A DNA stretch of 32,774 nt from the NCBI GenBank assembly GCA_049970595.1, contig JBMFMQ010000003.1, forward strand, positions 1 through 32,774. The letters run 5' to 3'. Each line of letters begins with the position of its first letter. The stretch's first letter is position 1. A program made the translations under genes and the position numbers. The DNA comes from Candidatus Ratteibacteria bacterium (GTDB taxonomy: Bacteria; Ratteibacteria; UBA8468; B48-G9; JAFGKM01). This document shows, piece by piece, positions 9,250-18,289 of this stretch. The notes beneath the pieces are model-generated. The model was not told the DNA's origin and ran no database searches. It saw only the letters and a program-made list of their open reading frames with translations.

Positions 9250-10185
9250 ATGGTACGAATTGTTTTTGGTCCAGTTCCATCAAGAAGATTTGGAAAGAGT
9301 TTAGGAATTAATAATGTTTATCTTCCTAAAAAATGTAGTTATTCATGTGTTTACTGTCAAATAGGAAGAACAAATTATTATATGATTGAAAGAAAAGAAT
9401 TTTATAAACCAGAGGAAATAAAAAAACAGGTGAAAGAAGTTATTGAAAAATTGAAAGAAAAGGAGATTGATTATATAAGTTTTGTTCCAGATGGAGAACC
9501 AACAATTGACATAAATCTCGGGAAAGAAATAGAAATACTTAAAGAATTTGGAATTAAAATAGCAGTTATAACAAATTCTTCATTAATATGGAGAGAAGAT
9601 GTAAGAAATGATTTAAAGAAGGCAGATTGTGTATCATTAAAAGTAGATGCTGTAAGTGAGGATATATGGAAAAAAGTAAATAGACCAATTAAAGATTTAA
9701 AATTAAATGAAATTCTTGAAGGTATAAAGATTTTTTCAAACGAGTTTAAAGGAGAAATTTTAACAGAGACACTTTTTATAAAAAATTTAAATGATAGTTT
9801 TTATGAGATAGAAAAAATAAGCGAATTTTTAAAAGAAGTAAGCCCAACTATTGCATATATCGGTTATCCAACAAGACCACCTGCTGAAAAATGGATTGAA
9901 ATACCTGAAAAAGAAAGAATTGATTTTGCATATATTGTTTTTAAAAATAAAGGGTTAAATGTAAGGATTATTGAAAAAACAAAGGAGGGGAAATTTGGAT
10001 TTACAGGAAATATTATTGAAGATATCTTAAGTATTCTTTCTGTTCATCCTATGGAAAGGAAAGAAATTGAGGAATTTTTAACTGAAAATAAAGGGAACTT
10101 TGATTTAATTAAAGAATTGATTAAAAATGGGAAAATTGAAGAGATTGAGTATAGACAGAGGAAGTATTACAGGAGAAAGTTTTAA
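9250..10185 (+). CDS. Radical SAM protein
   Basis: FGPVPSRRFGKSLGIN followed by CSYSCVYC (CxxxCxxC) at the N-terminus. Confidence 0.8.
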   Translation: MVRIVFGPVPSRRFGKSLGINNVYLPKKCSYSCVYCQIGRTNYYMIERKEFYKPEEIKKQVKEVIEKLKEKEIDYISFVPDGEPTIDINLGKEIEILKEFGIKIAVITNSSLIWREDVRNDLKKADCVSLKVDAVSEDIWKKVNRPIKDLKLNEILEGIKIFSNEFKGEILTETLFIKNLNDSFYEIEKISEFLKEVSPTIAYIGYPTRPPAEKWIEIPEKERIDFAYIVFKNKGLNVRIIEKTKEGKFGFTGNIIEDILSILSVHPMERKEIEEFLTENKGNFDLIKELIKNGKIEEIEYRQRKYYRRKF

Positions 10186-10187
10186 AA

Positions 10188-11417
10188 ATGGATGAAATAT
10201 TTGATTGTATTATTGTTGGAGGAGGTCCTGCTGGCAGTTTTTCAGCGATATTTTCTTCTGAAAGGGGAAGGAAAGTAGCAATTATTGATAAAAATAATCA
10301 GGTATGCAAAAAACTTCTTCTTACTGGAAAAGGTAAATGTAATCTTACAAATATGAATGAAATGGATGAGAATTATTTTTCAAAATACAGAAATGGCAAA
10401 TTCCTTATAAATGTTTTTAATCAGTTTTCAAATAAGGACTTATTTAATTTTTTTGAAAGGAATGGATTGAAACTTAAAATTGATAAAGGAAAAAGGGTAT
10501 ATCCTGAAAGTGAGAATGCAGAAGATGTTGTAAAATTAATTAGAAAAATTCTTGATAAAAATAAGGTCCGACTCTTTTTAAAAGAAAAAGTTGTTGATAT
10601 AAAAAAGGATAAAGATTTTTTTATAATTTTAACTGATAAAAGAATCTTGAAAAGTAGAAAAGTTGTTATTTCAACAGGTGGTAAAAGTTTTCCAGAAACA
10701 GGTTCAGAAGGAGATGGATTTATTTTTGCTTCAAAATTTGGGCATAAAATAATAAAGGTAGTTCCTGCTTTATGCGGTCTTGAGATAAAGGAAAATTTTA
10801 TAAAAAAATGGCAGGGAATAAATTTAAAAAATGTTCTTGTGACAGCATATCTTGGTGATAAAAAAATCGGAGAAGAATTTGGAGATGTCTTGTTTACACA
10901 TTATGGAGTTAGTGGTCCTGCAATTTTAAATATAAGTGGGAATGTTTCTGAAAATATAGACAAAGGAGAGATAAAATTGATAATAAATTTTAAACCTGCA
11001 TTAAATTTTGAAATTATTGATAGGCGTCTTCAAAGAGAAATAAAGGAAAATTCAAATAAGATACTAAAAAACCTTTTTAAAAATCTACTTCCCTCTGGTT
11101 TAATTGATGAGTTTTTGAAAATTGCAGGTATTGATGGAGAAAAAAAAGCTAATCAGATAACAAAAAAAGAAAGAATTATACTTGCAGAGAAACTTTTAAA
11201 TTTTGAACTTAAGGTTAAAAAAACAAGACCATTTTATGATAGTATGGTTACAAGAGGAGGAGTTTCTGTTGATGAAATAAATCCAAAGACAATGGAATCA
11301 AAGATTGTAAAAGGACTTTATTTTGCAGGTGAACTCATAGATATAGATGGAAAAACAGGTGGATATAATTTACAGGCATGTTTTTCAACTGGATATGTTA
11401 CAGGATTAAATGTTTAA
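10188..11417 (+). CDS. BaiN/HI0933-family NAD(P)/FAD-dependent oxidoreductase
   Basis: IIVGGGPAGSF dinucleotide fold, TGKGKCNLTN, HYGVSGPAILN, C-terminal GELIDIDGKTGGYNLQ. Typical of the HI0933-like flavoprotein family. Confidence 0.75.
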   Translation: MDEIFDCIIVGGGPAGSFSAIFSSERGRKVAIIDKNNQVCKKLLLTGKGKCNLTNMNEMDENYFSKYRNGKFLINVFNQFSNKDLFNFFERNGLKLKIDKGKRVYPESENAEDVVKLIRKILDKNKVRLFLKEKVVDIKKDKDFFIILTDKRILKSRKVVISTGGKSFPETGSEGDGFIFASKFGHKIIKVVPALCGLEIKENFIKKWQGINLKNVLVTAYLGDKKIGEEFGDVLFTHYGVSGPAILNISGNVSENIDKGEIKLIINFKPALNFEIIDRRLQREIKENSNKILKNLFKNLLPSGLIDEFLKIAGIDGEKKANQITKKERIILAEKLLNFELKVKKTRPFYDSMVTRGGVSVDEINPKTMESKIVKGLYFAGELIDIDGKTGGYNLQACFSTGYVTGLNV

Positions 11418-12040
11418 ACTTTTAATATTGAATCTATAAATTTATTTGCTTTTTCAAGTAACTGGTCATTCCAGAATTTAGGAGGGTTCATTAAATAAAG
11501 GTCAATATTTGAATAAATTCCCTCACATTCTATTAAATATTTTTCTGGCAAACTTATATCATTTTCACCGTCCCATTCCATATATTTCCAGTTTTCAATA
11601 TTTCTGTAAATATGAGTATAAAGTTCAAAATCAATTGTAGGGTCAATTTCAATCCATTTTTTGTCAAGATAAACCACACAACTTACATGAATTGTTGGTT
11701 GACTTATCATTTCATATATATCTATTGGGACAATTGGAAAGAATACCTCTTTTTTTATCAAATAAACTTTATATCCTGAATAAATATTACAACTCCTTAA
11801 AAGTGCAATTTGGAGATTTGTTTTATTGAAGCAATTACCATACCCCTTTTTTAATGTTTCAGATGCTTTTGTATATGGATAATCAAATCTATATTTAATT
11901 TTATCCCTGACAAAATTAAAAATATCAAGGATTTTCTGTTTTTCAGAATAACTTTTTTTAGTCAGAAAATATGCCTTCATTCTTATGTCAGGACTATCAA
12001 CATCACAAACTTTTGTAGGAGACAGATATTCTTTTTCCAT
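11414..12040 (-). CDS. Transglutaminase-like cysteine protease-fold protein
   Basis: GYGNCFNKTNL (nucleophile Cys) and downstream IHVSCVVYLDKKWIEIDPT (His/Asp) match the transglutaminase core pattern. Confidence 0.6.
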   Translation of the reverse strand: MEKEYLSPTKVCDVDSPDIRMKAYFLTKKSYSEKQKILDIFNFVRDKIKYRFDYPYTKASETLKKGYGNCFNKTNLQIALLRSCNIYSGYKVYLIKKEVFFPIVPIDIYEMISQPTIHVSCVVYLDKKWIEIDPTIDFELYTHIYRNIENWKYMEWDGENDISLPEKYLIECEGIYSNIDLYLMNPPKFWNDQLLEKANKFIDSILKV

Positions 12041-12077
12041 ATTTATATGATAAAATAAAAATTAAAAAGGAGGCAAG

Positions 12078-12407
12078 ATGAAAAATTTTATTTACATTTT
12101 AATTTTAGTTTTACTTTCAGGTTGCTCATTTATAAAAACAAAAGGAACCTTTCTTGATAAAAATTACAGAGAAAATTATGTTAAAAGTCACCAGGTAAAT
12201 GAGGAATGGAAAAAAAATATAATTGAGGGGAAGATACCAAATGGAATGGAAAAAAAAGATGTTGAAGAGATACTCGGGAAAAATTATTTTGTTTATAAAT
12301 CAGATACAGAGATGATGGAAATATGGTTTTATAAATACTATTATGTAGGATTTGATAAAAACGGTAAAGTCATAAAATTTGGAATTTCTAACCAGAATTA
12401 CAAATAG
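12078..12407 (+). CDS. Small lipoprotein, BamE/SmpA-OmlA-like
   Basis: SD AAAGGAGG. Lipobox LLSGC. GMEKKDVEEILGKN...WFYKYYYVGFDKNGKVIKF resembles the SmpA/OmlA fold pattern. Confidence 0.35.
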   Translation: MKNFIYILILVLLSGCSFIKTKGTFLDKNYRENYVKSHQVNEEWKKNIIEGKIPNGMEKKDVEEILGKNYFVYKSDTEMMEIWFYKYYYVGFDKNGKVIKFGISNQNYK

Positions 12408-13198
12408 TTTTCATTTTTATTTTCAAGTAGATATGATGGAAGACCAAATACATTAATTTTTTTTGTAAATGGATTTTTGTAAACAAGGACCTTCGTATTA
12501 TAAACATTTTCTATATTTTGATATGTCAAAACTTCTTCTACATTCCCTTTTTTATAAATTTCTCCGTTTTTAAATAAAATCAATTTTGAACAATAACAGG
12601 AAGCAAGGTTTAAATCATGAAATATACCTATTATTGTAATTCCTTTTTCATTCAATTTTTTTAAAATATCCATAATCTGAAACTGGTATCCAATATCAAG
12701 ATGGCTTGTTGGTTCATCAAGTAAAATAACCTCTGGATTCTGGATTATTATCTGGGCAATATAAATCCTTTGTTTTTCTCCTTCAGAAAGTTCATTAATT
12801 TTCTTTTTAAAAAATTTTTTAATATCCAATTTAATACCAACTTCTTCAATTATCTCCTCTTTTTCTTTTCTAAATCTACCTAAAAAAGGGAATCTACCCA
12901 ATGTTAAAAAATCAAATACATCAATATTAAATGTAATTTTAATTTCAGATGGTAAATAGGCAACCTCTTTTGCATAATCAATATTTCTTATTTTTTTTAA
13001 GTCCTTTCCTTTATAAAAAACATAACCATCAAAAGATATTAAAATTTTTGAAAGGACCTTTAAAAAAGTTGTCTTTCCACTTCCATTCGGACCAACAATT
13101 CCAACAAATTCACCTTTGTAAATTTCAAAATTTATATTTTTGAGAACTCTATTTTTCCCATAACTGAATTTTAAATTTCTTACTTCATAAATTACCAT
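12398..13198 (-). CDS. btuD: ABC transporter ATP-binding protein, corrinoid/iron-siderophore (FecE/BtuD) type
   Basis: Walker A GPNGSGKTT, signature LSEGEKQR, Walker B ILLDEPTSHLD. Last gene of the riboswitch-controlled operon. Confidence 0.75.
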   Translation of the reverse strand: MVIYEVRNLKFSYGKNRVLKNINFEIYKGEFVGIVGPNGSGKTTFLKVLSKILISFDGYVFYKGKDLKKIRNIDYAKEVAYLPSEIKITFNIDVFDFLTLGRFPFLGRFRKEKEEIIEEVGIKLDIKKFFKKKINELSEGEKQRIYIAQIIIQNPEVILLDEPTSHLDIGYQFQIMDILKKLNEKGITIIGIFHDLNLASCYCSKLILFKNGEIYKKGNVEEVLTYQNIENVYNTKVLVYKNPFTKKINVFGLPSYLLENKNENYL

Positions 13199-14142
13199 AT
13201 TTTTGTTTCCTTAAATAATAAAAATAAAAAGAAAATTCCACCAAAGAAACCTGTTATAACTCCAACAGGAATTTCAACAGGTCTTATTAAAATTCTTGAA
13301 ATTGTATCGCATAAAACTAAAAAACAACCACCAGTTAAAAAAGAAAATGGTATAAGTTTTTTATGAATTGAGCCATAAATAGCCCTTACAATATGTGGAA
13401 TTATAAGACCAACAAAACCAATTATTCCTGATAGACAAACACATAAGGATGAAATAAGACAACTTATAAAATAAGCAAAATTTTTTTCAAAATTTACATT
13501 AACCCCAAGCGTTATTGCTTTTTCTTCATCAATACTTAAAATATCATAAATTCTTCCAGAAAAAGTCAAAAATAAAAATGAAGCAAAAATTAAAAAAGAG
13601 GCATAGATTAAAATTTTTTCTGAAAATGATGATAAATCACCAAATAAAAATAAGACAGTTGAATGGAATTTTTCATAATGAGAAATTGAAATTAAAAATA
13701 AAACAAGAGATGAGCATATAAAATTTAAAGAAATTCCAGCAAGAATTATTGAAGAAGTTGAAAATTTTTTTATTATTGATAATGAAATAATTAAAAAAAG
13801 TGAAAAGATAGAACCAAAAAATGCAAAAAATGGAATTGAATATACTTTACCCAATATTGTTCCAATTGCAATACCAAGTGAAGCACCACCAGAAATACCA
13901 AGAGTATAACTTTCAGCAAGTGGATTTTTAAGAACAGATTGTAAAATTGCCCCTGAAATTGAAAGCCCAGAACCAACAATAAATGCACATATTACTCTTG
14001 GTATCCTGATTTTTAGAAAAATTGTCTTTTCAATTTCAGAAAGATTAAAAATATCCTTTAAAGTATAAATCTTTGAACCAAAAAAAATACCAAAATAGAT
14101 TGAAAAAATGAAAAATAAAATAAAAAAAAGATTCTTTTTCAA
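13192..14142 (-). CDS. btuC: FecCD-family ABC permease (corrinoid importer)
   Basis: Polytopic. RIPRVICAFIVGSGLSISGAILQSVLKNPLAESYTLGISGGASLG is the typical FecCD motif. Overlaps its neighbours by 4 and 7 nt. Confidence 0.8.
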   Translation of the reverse strand: MKKNLFFILFFIFSIYFGIFFGSKIYTLKDIFNLSEIEKTIFLKIRIPRVICAFIVGSGLSISGAILQSVLKNPLAESYTLGISGGASLGIAIGTILGKVYSIPFFAFFGSIFSLFLIISLSIIKKFSTSSIILAGISLNFICSSLVLFLISISHYEKFHSTVLFLFGDLSSFSEKILIYASFLIFASFLFLTFSGRIYDILSIDEEKAITLGVNVNFEKNFAYFISCLISSLCVCLSGIIGFVGLIIPHIVRAIYGSIHKKLIPFSFLTGGCFLVLCDTISRILIRPVEIPVGVITGFFGGIFFLFLLFKETKIW

Positions 14143-14651
14143 TATTCAATCCCCTTCCTTGATTTTATTCCTTTATCATATGGATGCTTTATTTTTTTTA
14201 TTTCACTAACAAGGTCTGCCTTTTCTATAATCTTTTTTGTTGCTCCTCTTCCTGTTAAAACAAGTTCAATATTTTCTGGCTTTTGGTCCATTATTTCAAT
14301 TATCTCTTCTTCTTTTAAAAATCCATCTCTTAAAGAAATTAAAATCTCATCGCATATAACAACATCATAATTCTTTTTTTTGAAAATATTCTTTATAAAA
14401 TCAATTCCTTTCAAACATTCTCTCCTTATTTCTTCTTTCTCTACTTTTTCAAAATAAGGATGTTTTTCAGCAAAAGAAAAAAGATCAACACCAATTTTTT
14501 TCAATATTTTTTTCTCATTATAATTTTTTTTGTGGAAAAATATAAAGCATACATTTAAATCATGACTTTTAGCCCTTAAGGCAAGCCCAATTGCTGCTGT
14601 TGTTTTTCCTTTCCCATCTCCAGTGTAAACTTCAACCAGACCCTTTTCCAT
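14139..14651 (-). CDS. cobO: Cob(I)yrinic acid a,c-diamide / corrinoid adenosyltransferase (CobO/BtuR type)
   Basis: VYTGDGKGKTTAAIGLALRA P-loop, DEILISL, 170 aa. Confidence 0.8.
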   Translation of the reverse strand: MEKGLVEVYTGDGKGKTTAAIGLALRAKSHDLNVCFIFFHKKNYNEKKILKKIGVDLFSFAEKHPYFEKVEKEEIRRECLKGIDFIKNIFKKKNYDVVICDEILISLRDGFLKEEEIIEIMDQKPENIELVLTGRGATKKIIEKADLVSEIKKIKHPYDKGIKSRKGIEY

Positions 14652-15369
14652 TTTTAATTACATTCTTTTTTAAAGGATATTTTCCACATGAAAATTTTTC
14701 GCTTTCAGGGCAGTATCCAAGTGTTTCACATTTTGCTCCTGCATCTTCAAAAACTTCTGGTAAATTTTTTTTGCATATTTCAAGCATTTTATATGCAAGT
14801 TCTCTTATTTCCCATTGAGCGCGTGTGCAGCATCTTACTCTGAAAAAATGTAATAATTCCCTTACATTCATAGAAACAACAATTTTTGTTTCAGCAGCAT
14901 TTGGCAGAATATACCTTGCATCCTGATTTGCTTTTTCTCCTTCAATTCCAAGTTCTTTAAATCTTTTAATCATATTTATATAGACATCCCTTATTTTCTC
15001 TATCCCTTCAATAAAATATTTCTTTAAAATTTCATCCTTTTGAATTGAAGGTGGAATTATATATTTAAAATTATCTATTCTTACATATCTCTGACTCTGC
15101 TGTGAGTATGAAGCAATACGATGTCTGACAAGTTGATGGGAAAGTGCCCTTGAAATTCCCTCTATTGCAAAAGTAAATTTAACATGTTCAAGAACACTTT
15201 CATGTCCACTTTTTACTATTTCTCTTACAAATCTCTTCTTTTTCTCCATATCTATTTTTTTACTCTTTTCAAATATATCAAATGCAAATTCAGAAGAATA
15301 ACATTGTCTTGCAGCAGAATAAATAATTTCAACAGGATTTTTGCTCATTTCAATAAGTTCTACTCTCAT
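14632..15369 (-). CDS. thyX: FAD-dependent thymidylate synthase ThyX
   Basis: ThyX signature RHRIASYSQQSQRY. ESVLEHV. ~245 aa. Confidence 0.85.
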   Translation of the reverse strand: MRVELIEMSKNPVEIIYSAARQCYSSEFAFDIFEKSKKIDMEKKKRFVREIVKSGHESVLEHVKFTFAIEGISRALSHQLVRHRIASYSQQSQRYVRIDNFKYIIPPSIQKDEILKKYFIEGIEKIRDVYINMIKRFKELGIEGEKANQDARYILPNAAETKIVVSMNVRELLHFFRVRCCTRAQWEIRELAYKMLEICKKNLPEVFEDAGAKCETLGYCPESEKFSCGKYPLKKNVIKNGKGSG

Positions 15370-15390
15370 TTTTTCTCCTTTTTCAAAATT

Positions 15391-16191
15391 TTAGTTTAAC
15401 TTCATTATTTCTTTAACAATCTCAACAAAAGATAATGGTGTTGGACTGCATATTTTATCACTATCAATTACAAAAATTTTACCATTTTTAACAGCATTTA
15501 TCATCCTATATTTTCCCCAGTTTTTCTTTTCTTCCTCTGTATCTATTCCCATAGAAGTAATTATTATTATATCTGGGTTTAATTTTATAATTTCTTCAAT
15601 GCTATATATCCCCCCTTTTCCTTCTATGACATTTTTCATCCCAGCAAATTCAATTATATCATTGATAAAAGAATCTTTTCCTGCAACCCACAATGGTCTT
15701 GAACCAACCTGAACAAGAACTTTCTTTTTTTCTACCTTTTCTTTTTTTTCATAAAGTTGCTTTTTAACTTTTTTTATTATATCCTTTGCCTCTTTTTCTT
15801 TTCCAATAATTTTTCCAAGTTTTATAAAATCAAGGCATAATTGCTCAAAATTTAAAGGATATGAGAATATTTCAACTTTTATTCCAAGTTCTTTTAATTT
15901 TTTTATATCTTTTGGATTTGTTAAATTTGTTGCAAATACAATATCTGGCTTTAATGAATAAATCTTTTCAACATTAATATCAATAACATTTCCAACCTTT
16001 TCTTTATATTTTGCTTGGTTTGGTCTTGTGCAATATATAGTATTTCCAACAATTTTATCTCCAAGCCCAAGAATAAAAATATTTTCTGTTATTGCTGGTC
16101 CAAGAGAAACAATCCTTTTTGGTATATTTTCTGAATTTGAAAAAAAAATATAAATAAAAAAGAAAATTAAAATTTTTTTCATTTTGAACAT
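15391..16191 (-). CDS. btuF: Periplasmic binding protein of the BtuF/FhuD class (corrinoid-binding component)
   Basis: Signal peptide. RIVSLGPAITENIFILGLGDKIVG and PDIIIITS motifs of PF01497-type binding proteins. Operon context. Confidence 0.7.
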   Translation of the reverse strand: MFKMKKILIFFFIYIFFSNSENIPKRIVSLGPAITENIFILGLGDKIVGNTIYCTRPNQAKYKEKVGNVIDINVEKIYSLKPDIVFATNLTNPKDIKKLKELGIKVEIFSYPLNFEQLCLDFIKLGKIIGKEKEAKDIIKKVKKQLYEKKEKVEKKKVLVQVGSRPLWVAGKDSFINDIIEFAGMKNVIEGKGGIYSIEEIIKLNPDIIIITSMGIDTEEEKKNWGKYRMINAVKNGKIFVIDSDKICSPTPLSFVEIVKEIMKLN

Positions 16192-17354
16192 ATTTTAACC
16201 ATTATTCCTGCAATAAGACCTCCAATTATATCATCAATAAATGGTGGAAGTTTTTTTATTATTCCTGGTTTGGTTCTATCTATTCTTTCAAATTCAAAAA
16301 GTGCAAGTTTCCCTCCAATATATTCAGCAATCTGAATACCAATAATTTCATCAGCAATCAATTCAACAGGGTCATTTTCATAATCTTTTAAATTTGGGAT
16401 TATACCTTTTTTACCTTCCTCATGTAGTTTTAAACCTGCAATAATTAAAGAAGAAATATTAACATCATTTAAAATTTTCTCAAGTTCTTTCTCAAATAAT
16501 TTTTTAACCTTATTTTTATCGCCAATCTTTTTATCTTCAATATATGTTTCCATTGCTGTTTTTATAATATCTTCCTTTCTTATCCCTCTTTCTCTTAACC
16601 TTTCAATAATTGGTCTATCTATAAATATTTTATTTTGTTTTTCCATACTTTCTTTTATAGCAAAATATACTGTTTTTGCAAGTATTTCTCCAAATTTTGA
16701 ATGACCTCCTGCATATGTTATTTTCTCTTTATCTCCTGAAATAAAAATTATATTATCTGTGCCAGTTCCTGTTGCCTGATTTTCAAGACCACTATAAATT
16801 GAACGAATATCAAAATCCTGAAAAATTTTTGTTTTTGCTTCTGTTATTGTTATCAATGAGTTTAAAAAACCACTTTCTGTCAAAAAACAGTTTGTATAAA
16901 ATAAAACATTTATAGTCCCAATTTTATAAAATTTACCATTTTTTTCATACCAGTTTCCTTTATCAGAAGCAACTGTTAAAGAATTTGATTTAACTCCACA
17001 AGTTGCAAAACAAATAATTTTATAATTTTTAAAATTTTCTTCACAGATTCCGAAGTTTTCAACATCAACACCTGTAAAAAGCAAAGAAATTTCATCTTCA
17101 TTATATCCAAGATTTTTTTTAATTTGGTCTTTATATTTAATCCATTCTTCTGAATTCATTTCCCAGAATCTCCTTGGAACAGAATTTATACCGACAAATT
17201 TTACCTCTTTAAAACCTTCAAGTGTTGACAAAATTTTTCTTTTTTTATCAAAAGAAAATATAAGTGTTTTTGTTTTCTTTTCAAAAATAGAATGTTTTAA
17301 AATATAGGATTTAATTTTTTCTCCCTTTTCTTCAAATAAATTTAAAATTTCCAT
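16179..17354 (-). CDS. cbiZ: Adenosylcobinamide amidohydrolase CbiZ fused to a C-terminal PgpA/CobZ-like domain
   Basis: N-terminal ~250 aa are CbiZ-like (ILSTLEGFKEVKFVGINSVP...TGTGTDNIIF). The C-terminal ~140 aa contain ADEIIGIQIAEYI and PPFIDDIIGGLIAGIM. These resemble the E. coli PgpA motifs DEFIGMWITL and MIDDIVAGVISAGI as I recall them. Confidence 0.65.
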   Translation of the reverse strand: MEILNLFEEKGEKIKSYILKHSIFEKKTKTLIFSFDKKRKILSTLEGFKEVKFVGINSVPRRFWEMNSEEWIKYKDQIKKNLGYNEDEISLLFTGVDVENFGICEENFKNYKIICFATCGVKSNSLTVASDKGNWYEKNGKFYKIGTINVLFYTNCFLTESGFLNSLITITEAKTKIFQDFDIRSIYSGLENQATGTGTDNIIFISGDKEKITYAGGHSKFGEILAKTVYFAIKESMEKQNKIFIDRPIIERLRERGIRKEDIIKTAMETYIEDKKIGDKNKVKKLFEKELEKILNDVNISSLIIAGLKLHEEGKKGIIPNLKDYENDPVELIADEIIGIQIAEYIGGKLALFEFERIDRTKPGIIKKLPPFIDDIIGGLIAGIMVKICSK

Positions 17355-18289
17355 AAAAAGTCCCAGACAAAAAAGTTGAAAATTAAAAAAATAAAAGAAG
17401 TTAAATATGTTATTTTTAAACTCTCAATTATATGATTTAAATTTAACTTTTCTATTTCATCTCCAAGATATGGTTTAAAATTCATCACTTTATTGTAATA
17501 ATTTATCCCTCCAAGTTTTATCCCAAATCCACCTGCATAACAACTTTCAGGATATCCACTATTTGGACTTGGATGTTTTTTTCCATCCCTTATTGAAATT
17601 TTAAAGGCACAAATTCCCTTTCTTTTGTAAATAAAAAATGAAAAAGAGATAAAGAAAATTGATAAACGAGAAGGAAGAAAATTTAAAATATCATCAAATC
17701 TTGCAGAAGTTAATCCAAAGAATTTATATCTTTCATTCTTATATCCAACCATTGAATCAAGAGTATTAACAACCTTATAAAGAAGGCATAAAGGTGCACC
17801 ACCAATAAAACTATAAAAAATTGGGGAAATTATACCATCAACTGTATTTTCTGAAATTGTTTCTATTGTTGCTCTTATAATTTCGTTTTCATCAAGATTT
17901 TCTGTATCTCTCCTTACAACTCTTGATAGATAAAATCTTGCCTTTTTAATATCTTTGTTTTTAAGTGAATTGTAAATAGGAATTGTGTGGTCTTTTAAAT
18001 CCTTCAATGCAATAGATGTATAAATGAAAAATGATGAAAAGAAAAAGTAAAGAAATTTGTTATGTTCAAAAAGAAAACTAAAAAATTTAAAAGATAAAGA
18101 AAATAAGGTAAATGAGATGAAAATTGAAAAGAAAAAGCCACTTATAATTTCATTTTTTATAAATTTTCTAAAAATTTTTTCAAAAATTTTTGAAATAAAT
18201 GAAAAAAATTTAACAGGATGCGGAAAGTATTTTGGGTCTCCAAAAATTAAATCAAGAAAAAATCCAGTTATTGTTGGTAAAGTAAACAT
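17342..18289 (-). CDS. cbiB: Adenosylcobinamide-phosphate synthase
   Basis: LIFGDPKYFPHPVKF N-terminus, membrane protein, SPNSGYPE and GGINYY motifs typical of CbiB/CobD. Confidence 0.8.
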   Translation of the reverse strand: MFTLPTITGFFLDLIFGDPKYFPHPVKFFSFISKIFEKIFRKFIKNEIISGFFFSIFISFTLFSLSFKFFSFLFEHNKFLYFFFSSFFIYTSIALKDLKDHTIPIYNSLKNKDIKKARFYLSRVVRRDTENLDENEIIRATIETISENTVDGIISPIFYSFIGGAPLCLLYKVVNTLDSMVGYKNERYKFFGLTSARFDDILNFLPSRLSIFFISFSFFIYKRKGICAFKISIRDGKKHPSPNSGYPESCYAGGFGIKLGGINYYNKVMNFKPYLGDEIEKLNLNHIIESLKITYLTSFIFLIFNFFVWDFLWKF

